A stretch of DNA of 64,000 nt, from contig JACQAZ010000046.1 in NCBI GenBank assembly GCA_016194705.1, positions 2,372-66,371 on the forward strand. The letters run 5' to 3'. Of the stretch, positions 45,846 through 54,800 are shown in pieces. This stretch comes from Elusimicrobiota bacterium. GTDB taxonomy: Bacteria > Elusimicrobiota > Elusimicrobia > UBA1565 > UBA9628. The translations under genes and the position numbers were made by a program. The notes beneath the pieces were generated by a model. It had not been told where the DNA came from, ran no database searches, and was given only the letters and a program-made list of their open reading frames with translations. Position 1 is the first letter of the stretch. Every line of letters starts with the position of its first letter.

Positions 45846-48800
45846 TTCTTGAGATTCCCCACGAGCGCGTCGAAGGTCGCTTCCATCTGGTCGGCCATGT
45901 CGAGGAAGGCATCGATCGTGCGGACATGGTCCAGGATGGGGCCCTCGCCGCCGCCGTACTCCTTCATCGTGAAGATCTTGCCCTTGGCGGAAGGATAACG
46001 GCGCTCTAGATATTCCTTCTGGTCCGGCGTCATCACTAGGATTACGCTGGCCCGTTTGACGTCCCGGATGGTGATGCCGCGGCCGGAGTGCGGCTCGACC
46101 GGGATGCCCTTGTGGCGCAGGACCTCGGCGGACAGATCGGCCATCGAACCCATGCCGCCATAGCGGGCGCGAGACCAAACGTCGACGTCCGTGATGCCCT
46201 CGCGCCGCAAACGGTCCTTGAAGAGGCGCTCGGCCAGCGGGCTGCGGCTATGATTGGCGTCGCACACGAAGAGCACGGCCTTCTTGGGGGTCGCCTCGGC
46301 CTGCGGGGCCGGAGGCGTGAAGTCCTTATTGATCGCGGCGCGCACGGCCTCCTTGATCTCGGTTCCCGCCTTGATGTAGCCGAAGCGCGGCGCGGTCTTC
46401 GAGGGGTTCTCGATCTCCGTCCCCCCGAGCCCGGCGAATTCATTCAGGAGAAAGACCTTGCCCTTGGCCTCCGGGAATTTCTTGAGAATGTTCTCGACGT
46501 GCTCCTTTTCCATGACGAGGATTACGTCGCTGTCGGCGACGTCCTGCGCGGTCATCGGCGTGGACTTGTGCGGGCGGCCGTCGATGCCGGCCTTCGCCAG
46601 GTTGTCTATCGCCTCGCTCTTCATCGGCGGGCTATAGGACGAGTAGCTCCCGCCGCCGGAGCCGAAGCCGAAGTAACTGCCGCTGCCGCCGCCGCCAAAG
46701 CCCACGCTGCGCGAGAAGACATGCACGTCCTTGACGCCGAGCTTCCCGAGCTCGTCCTTGGCGTAGTATTCCGCCATGGGGCTGCGGCTCGTGTTGAAGG
46801 AGCATGCGAACATGATGGACTTGATCTTCCTCTCCGCGGAAGCCGCCGCCTTCGCGACGACCTTCACCGCCGTCGTGATCTCTTTCGCCGTCTGCTCATA
46901 GGCGAGGAGGCGTCCGGCCGTGCTGCCGTAAGAGGGGTTCTCAATGTCTCCGGTCCCCAAACCGGCGAACTCCTTGAGGAGGAAGGTCTTGCCATCCGCC
47001 TCGGGGAACTGGCGAAGGATGTCGTCGAGGTTCTGCTCGTCCATGGCGAGCAGGACGTCGCTGCGCATCACGTCCTGCAGCGTCAGGCCCTTTGAGCGGT
47101 GAGCGCCCGCGTCGATGCCGTTGGCCTTAAGGTACGCCTTGGAGCCCTCCGACATCGCTTCCGACGAATAGTGCGACGATCCGCCAAAGCCGCCGTACGA
47201 GTCGTCGTCGTACGAGTAGTAAGAGCCGCTCTTGGCGCCGCGAGAGAAGACCTCGACATCGGTCTTGCCGTCCTTAGCGAGCATGTCCTTGGCGAGGTGC
47301 TCGGCCATCGCGCTGCGGCAGGCGCCGCCTGAGCAGACGAAGGTTACGCGCTTCTTGCGCGGCCCCGTTTTCGGCTCGGGCTCCGCCTCGGCCGAGGCCT
47401 TGTCGATGACGGCCCTGACGGCCTCCTTGATTTCCTTGCCGGCCGTGGAATAGGCGCGGAAGATCTTCTTGGAAGGATTCTCGATCTCTCCGTAGCCGGT
47501 CTTGGCGAACTGCTTCAGCAGGAAAGCCTTGTCCCGAGCCTGCGGGAAGCGCGACTTTATGTCGCCGATGTTGTCGTCGTCCATCACGAGGATGACGTCG
47601 GCGTCCTTGGCTTCCTGCTTCGTCAACGGCGTGGACTTGTGCCCGCTCCCGTCGATCTCCAGGGTCTCCAGGAGCTTCTGGGCCGTCCAGTTCATGGGCT
47701 TGCCGACGCGGGCCTTCGCGTAGAGGCTGCGCGAGACGACCTTGACGTTCTTGATGCCCAGGCGCTTGAGCTCCTCCTTGGCGAAGTACTCCGCCATGGG
47801 GCTTCGGCTCGTGTTGAAGGAGCACGCGAAGACGATGGACTTGAGCTTGCGCTCGCCGCTCTGGACCTGGCGCGCGACCGCGTCGACCGCGGCCACGATT
47901 TCCGCTGCCGTCTCTTCGTAGGCCCGCCCGATGGCCGGCCACGGGTTCTCGACGTCGCCAGTGCCGGTCTGGGCGAACTCCTTCAACAGGTGCGTCTTGC
48001 CGCCGGCCTCGGGGAACTTCCTCAGGATGTCGTCGACGTTGCTCTGGTCCATGGCGAGGACGTAGTCGGCGTTGCGCACGTCTTCGATCTTGAGCTTGTA
48101 GGAGCGATGGGGGCGGCCGTCGATGCCGGCCAGCTCCAGCTGATACATGGAGTCCGGGGACATATAGCCGCCGTCGCGGGCGTGGACGCCGCGGGAGAAG
48201 ACCTCGACGGCCGCGTTGCCCTCCTTGGCGAGCATGTCCTTGGCGAAGAACTCCGCCATCGGGCTGCGGCAGGCGTTGCCGGTGCAGACGAAGACGATCT
48301 TCTTCTTGGCCGGAGCGGCGGGCTGCGCCGCCGGAGCCTCCACCGGGGGGACCTTCACGACGAGAGGCTTGTCCTGTGAGGCCGGAGCCGCCTTGACCTC
48401 GCCGCGCGTCGTGACGGGCCGAGCCTGGAGGATCGCGATGCGGTCGCCCTTGACGGCGAACTCGATGTCGAGCGCATAGCCGAAGTGCTCCTCGAGCGCC
48501 TTGGCGATGAGCGCGAGGCGCTGCGTCTGTTCCGGGGTCAGCGCGCGCCGCTTGCGGCGCTCCGCGGCCACGCCCTGCAGTTCGGTGCCCGACGCCCCGG
48601 ACTTGGGCATGACGGCGACGCGCTTGTCGCCGATGAAGGGGAGCTTGGTCTCCTGCCCGTCCGACTTGCGCGCCACGTAGCGGTCGGTCTGGACGATCCC
48701 CGACACGATCCCCTCGCCGAGGCCGTAGGCGGCGTTGATGACGAACTCGTCGGCGCCGGTGACGGGGTTCTGGGTGAAGAGGACGCCCGCGACGTCGGCC

Positions 48801-51800
48801 TCCGCCATCTCCTGGATGATCGTCGACGCCGCGAGGCTCGTCGAGGGGATCTTCTGCTGGTGGCGGTAGACGATGCCGCGCGGCAGCCAGAAGGAGGTCC
48901 AGTTCTCGATGACCTTGTGCAGCGCCTCCTCGGGCCTGACGTGGAGGTAGGACTCGGCGGCTCCCGCGAAGGCGGCGTCGGCCGTGTCCTCTTGGACGGC
49001 GGAGGAGCGGATGGCGAGCTGCTTGCCGTCCGCCGCGAGGCCGCGGGCCTGCATCCCCTCCCAGATCTCCTGGCCGACGCCGGATTTGGCATCGAGCTTG
49101 CCGGAGAGAAGCAAAGTGCGGATCTGTTTGGAGATCTCGGCGACTTTCTCCTGCCGGGCCGCCTCGGATTGAGCGCTCGAGAGGACCGCGTCCAATTGTT
49201 CGGCCAAAACGCGCAGCGGCCTTTCGAGGCCGTTCTCCCTCAGGAAGCGCCGGTAGGCCTCGGTGGTGACGGCCAGCGCCTCGGGCACGTAGCCGCCCGC
49301 CTTGCGCACGACGGCCAGGATCTCGCCCAGCTTGGAAAGCTTGCCGCCCACCAATATGCGGTAATCGTCATCGACGACTCCCAGAGGAAGAACGGAAGGC
49401 GCCATGCCCTTGATGCCGCCTTGCTTCTCCTCGGTCAGCCTCTTCTCGAGATTCTGGAACAGCCCCAAAGTAGATTTCGCATAGACCTTGTCGGCGACGG
49501 CGCGGTTCTGCAGCAGGCGCACCAGCCGGCGCACGGCGGGCAGGTCCTCCGTCGTGGGTTTCGTCGAGTTCAGGCGCACGACCTCCGGGCGCGCGGCGAT
49601 GAGCGCCGCCTCCTCGCGATTGGCGAGCGCCGCGCGCAGCCGCTCCTCAGCGGCCTTAAGGGGAGCCAAGGCGTCCGTCTTCTGGTCGAAGAGCGCCGCC
49701 ATATCCTCGAGTTGCTTGATTTCCGCGTGAAAAGCGGCGATCGACGCGGCGCCGGCCTCGGTCTCGGCGGGGACATTGGACTTGACTGTCGTGAGACGAT
49801 CCTCGAAGAGGCGCCTTCCGTGGTCGCGAGCCTGCTGCCGGATGTCCTCACGCCTGTGGGTCAGCAGCCTCAACAGGATGGCGCCCGCCGACGCGCGCTT
49901 GGATGGATTGAACAGGGCCTCCTCCACGGCGAAGGCCACGGCTCCGGCCTTGCGGGATTCCGACTCCTTCGGGAAGACGTACATCTCGCCGGTCGCGCCG
50001 TTGACGCGGACGAGGTCTCTTTCGTGAAGCGTGAGGCGCACCGCGCGCAGGCGGGGTCTGACGACCGCCCCGTCCACGTGGACGGCCTCGCCCTCGGGCT
50101 CGTACGTCGTCAGCTCGAGCTCGTCCTTGCCCTCGCCTGTCTTCTTCCACTCGGCGCGCGGCAGGATGACGGAGGCCAGGCCCAGCTCGCGCGTCGTGAT
50201 GGCGGCATGGCTCAACAGCCCGCCGCCCGTCGTCACCACGGCCGCCGCGTTCTTGATCGCGCCGATGTCGTCGGGCGTGGTGTAGGGCACGATGAGGGCG
50301 GCGCCCGGCTTGCCTTTGCGGTCGAAGGTCACCGAGGCCGTGACGAGCCCGCCCCGGCCGGCGGAGGCCGCCAGGCCGTCCACGCGAGTGCCGGAGAGCG
50401 GCGAGCGCGAAGGATTTCCCAGCTGCCACACCTTCAGCAGAGCCTTCTGGGCGCCGGTCAACGCCTCAGGTGCGGGAGCCTTGACGCCCCGTTCGTTCAG
50501 GAAGGAGATCAAGCCCTCGGCGTCGAGCGGCGTGAGCCCCGCGGCGGGGTCGTGGCGGAAAGCGGCGGTGTAGCCCAGCGTGCCGGTCTCCGGCTCGCGC
50601 AAGCCGTAGAGGACCAAGGCCTGATCGCCGAACTGCCAGATGGCGCGCTCAGTGCGCATCGCGCCGACGGCGCCGATCGGCTCGTACTCGAGCTCCGACT
50701 CAAAGTGGCCGATGACGGAGGCGACGGCCTCGGCGGCGTCGCGGCTTCCGTGGACGTAGGCCGCCAGGGCCTCGACGGGACGGTAGTCCTGCCGTTGCGG
50801 GATGCCTGCGTCGTCCCATTTGAGCTCGCCGCGGATCAAGGCCCGATTGACGGCGGCGGTGAAGTGCTTCTCGACCGCGGCCTGGCCCATCACGGCGTCT
50901 TCGGGGATCGTCGGGAGGCCCAGTCGAGTCAGCTCCTTGTCCAAAGTCTTGCGCATGGTCTCGCGCGTCTTGTTCCGCCCCATGTATTCCTTATAGATGT
51001 CGTGGTAATTCCCGCCCTTGTTCCAACCCTCGGCCCAGCGCCCCTCAGCCATATAGATGTCGGCCAGCTGCGGGACGACCTTCGCGCAGCCGTCCTCGCC
51101 GAGGTTGTTGAATGCGCAGTTCATGTCCAGCGTGTCGTGCAGCCCCTGCAAAGTGAAGGAGAAGAGCCTCTCGAGCTGCTTCTCGGAGGAGAGGCCGTGG
51201 TCCTTGTCGATGATCGAGACCAGGTGCAGGGGATCTTTCCCATGGGTGGCGATGGGCTTGCCCGTTTTCGGATCCCGAGGTCTCGTGTCCTCGACCTCAG
51301 TGTGGATCCCCAGGCGCATGTGCTCCTCTCTGACCAAGGCCAGGCGCGCCGGGTTGCCGACGGGAGTGTTGGTCCCTTCTTGATAGCGTATGCGCAGCAT
51401 GCCGCCGTCGTCGGGGTCGGCGAACTTGACGTAGATCTCGGCGCTGTGCAGGCCCAGGTGCGCGTGCACCCAAGCCTCGTCGCCGCGGATGATCACCGTG
51501 TCGGTCTGGTGGCCGCCGGGGCGCTTGTCCCGGTTGAGCAGTGCGCGCAGCGGCTTGCTCAGGAGATGGTTGTTCTTGGACAAGGGTTCGTCGCCCAGGT
51601 CCATGAACGGGATCTCGTTGTTGAAATTGATCGCGCCTCTCTCGTTGCCCGCCGCCTCCTGGGCGCTGAGCGCCTCGAAGCTGCTCTGGTGGATGAAATT
51701 GACCATCGTATGCAGGTTCTTGACCGCGGCAAGCTCCGCGCCCGGCTCGATGCTGCTGATCCGCTGCGCGACCGCTTCGGGCAGAGTCCCGGTCTCGGGC

Positions 51801-54800
51801 ACGTCCTTCCAGAGCTGCTCGAGCTCAGCGACGATCGCTGCATATCTCTGGCGCACCGCCTCGCCGTCGGCGGCCTTTTGGGCGCTCTTGGTCAGCGTCT
51901 CGTAGTGGCTCACCATCGTCCCCACCTCGGCGACGATGGCGCGCCCGGCGGCCTTGGGCATCGGCTCGGAGGAGAACCTGCTGATGATGGGCAGCACGCG
52001 GAAGTTGGTTTCGATCAGCTCCGAGAAGATGCCGAAGCGCTCCTTGAGCTTCTCTTTCGCCGCTCCGGGCGTCGCGTCGGGCCGGAAGGTCGCGTAGCCG
52101 GGGTTGTTCGGGTCAGCGAAATCCTCGAGATCCTTGGCGCCCGTGACGCGGTAGGGCAGGCGGAAGTCGCCGCTCTTGAACTTGGGCTTGAGCTTGTCGC
52201 CTCCCATGGGAACGACGAAGCGCACGTCCGAGAGCCCTTTGGATTGAGGCTGCGGGACCGATTCTCCCAAGAGGGAGCGGTTCGCGATGAAGTCGCCGAC
52301 CTTGTCCCGGTCCACGAAGATGGACCTCTCGAAGCCGTCGATCTTCATCGCCGACAACCCGGGCATGAAGCGGCGCAGCTCCTCGATGCGCTGGGGATGC
52401 AGCCAAGCCAGTAGCTCGTCGGCGTTGTGGAAACGGGCCGCCATCATCGTGTTCAAGGAGACCGGATTAGGATCGAGCGGCGTGAGCATCTGGGTCAGGA
52501 AGGAACTCAGGACGGGGTCGCCGACCTGGCCGAGGAGCGCGTCCCGCTTTTGCCGCCACCCGGAGGAGTCGGCCTGCCGCGCCGCGGTCATGCGGCTCAG
52601 CTCCTCGATGATCACGGCGGCCTTCCGGCTGCCTCCCTTGCCGGCGACGGCGCGCTGGAGCCTCTCGACGGCCCGGTCCCATTGCGCCAGGGCGGGCATG
52701 GCCTCGGTGACTACGCCCTGCAGCTGCGCCTCGTAAGGCTTCAAGACGCCGTCCTCGTGCTTCTCGAGCCGGCTCAACATCGCCGGAATCGATTTCGGCG
52801 AGACCTCGAATTTCGCGTAGGACAGGGCCCCGATCGCCGCGAGCGCCTTCTTATCCAGCGACTTCCTGTTCTTGATGAACTCGTCGGTAAGCTCCGGGTG
52901 GAGGAAGATGGATCCTTGAAAGTCGGAGACCCCGATGGATTTGAGATCGGGAATGTAGAGGCGCAGCTCCGCGATGCGTTTCGGGTAGAGCCAGGACAGC
53001 AGCTCGTCGGCGGTCCGGAACTTTGTGGCGATCAGCGAATTGAGATCGCCGCGCTGGGGATCGATCGCCGAAGCGACGTAGGCGACAAAGTTGCGGATCT
53101 GGGCGTCGGTGACCTTGCCGAGCAAGGCATCCCGACGCGCCTGCCAGCCGGAGGCCCCGTTCTGCCGCTCCGCGATCATGCGGCGCAGCTCGTCCAAGGA
53201 CTTCGCCGCGGCCTTGCCCGACTTGTCTTCGCCGAAGGCCGTCTGCAGGAGATCGAGGGTCTTTTCCCATTGCGCGATGACGGGCAGCGACTCCTTGGCC
53301 AGCTCGCTCAGCTCGGGCTCGATCGATTTCAACGGACCCTTATCCTTCGCAAGACGCTCCAACAGCCCAGGCATGTCCTTCGGCGTGAAGGCAAAGGCGG
53401 CGCGCGAAAGTCCGCGGAGGTTCTGACGAGCCGCCTCCCCGCGGCTGCGTTGATTCTCCAAGAACTCCAGAGTCAGCCCGCGGTCGACGAACATGGAGGT
53501 CTCGAAGTCCGTGACGGGGAGGCTCTTGAGATTGGGGATGTCGGTCCGCAGCTCCTCGATGTGGTCGGGATAAAGGGCGGAAAGCAGGTCGTCGGCGGTG
53601 GGGAAGCGTTCCGTCAGCAAGGCGCCCACGGTGATGCTCTTCTTGTGGAGCTTCTTGAAGTCGGCGCCGTCGATGAGCGCGGCGAGGAAGAGCTTGTCTG
53701 CATCCTTCGCGTTAGCATAGAAAGCGTCTCTCTTGGGCTTCCACGCTTCCCGCTCGGTCGCGTACGCCCCCAACACGGCGGTGGTTTCCCTGAGCGCCAC
53801 GCGGAGGTCCTTTTCGGAGTCGGCTCCCCGGATCACGGCGTCGAGCTTGTCCACGGCCTGCTTCGCCTTATCGGTCTGGGCGAGGGCCTCGAGGACGAGA
53901 GCGCGAGCCTCGGGGACCAGGGGCTGCAGCGACGGCTTCTGAAACGCTGCGAGCCGCTCCAGGGCCGCCGGGATCGCCTCCAGCGAGAAGGCGATCTGGG
54001 CCTGGGAGAGCGCCCCGATGGCCGGGACATCGCGGTTTCGCGTGGATTTTCGGTACCTGAGATACTCCAACGTCAGGTCCGGGTCGTTGAAGATCGACTT
54101 TTCCAGGTCGCCGATGCCGAGGCTCTTCAAGTTGGGGATGTAGCGGCGCAAGTCCCTGATGTACTCGGGATACAGCGCGGCCATCAGCGCGTCGGCGTCG
54201 GCGAATCGTTCCTGGACCAGCGCCTGGAAGGACAAGTCGGTATGGCTCTTCCCGAAATCGGCGCCCTCGACGACGGCCTTGAGGAAGGCGACGTCCGCCT
54301 CCTTCGCCTTCCCGTAGAGATCGTTCTTCTTGGCGGTCCACGTCTCCTGCGCAGTCCTGTATTCGGCCAGCTCGCGTTGAAGCTCCTTCAGGTTCTCGGA
54401 GAACTCCTTGGTCGCGCCGCGCGCGCGGGCCGGACGCCCGAGCCGGTCCAAGACCCTCTGCAGGCGCGCGCCTCGAGCCAAGGCGTCCGAGGCCAGCGCC
54501 CCCAGGTCCGCCTCGTAATTCTTCAACGAGCTCCGCCCGCTCGGCGCCACGACGTAGATCGCTCCCGTCCCCTTCGACTTAGTCTTGTACAGCGTCAAGC
54601 GCGCCGGCTGGAGGTAGCCGGCCACATCACCGTTGACCGGCACGAGCGTGCCGTTGGGCGCCTGATAGTAGATGCGATTTTTGATCTTGTCCTTGGCCTT
54701 CAGTATGCCGCGGCCGTAGCCGGGCGCGTACCTGCGCAGCTCGGTGAACTCGACAGGCGTTGGGTCCAGCCCATCCGCGACGTCCACCGTACCCGAGGGC

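Noticed and set aside
40353-46178. ORF-track N-terminal extensions (40353-46178, 11340-13970, 12710-15808, 10990-12666, 3796-5196, 2921-4057, 35607-37628) that look like fusions
   Set aside because: The extensions are out-of-frame readings of the upstream genes. True starts sit at ATGA/GTGA overlaps followed by recognisable N-termini.
45845-48310. CX5R domains as thioredoxin-coupled arsenate reductases (ArsC)
   Set aside because: The downstream resolving Cys pair is absent and there are no ars genes nearby.
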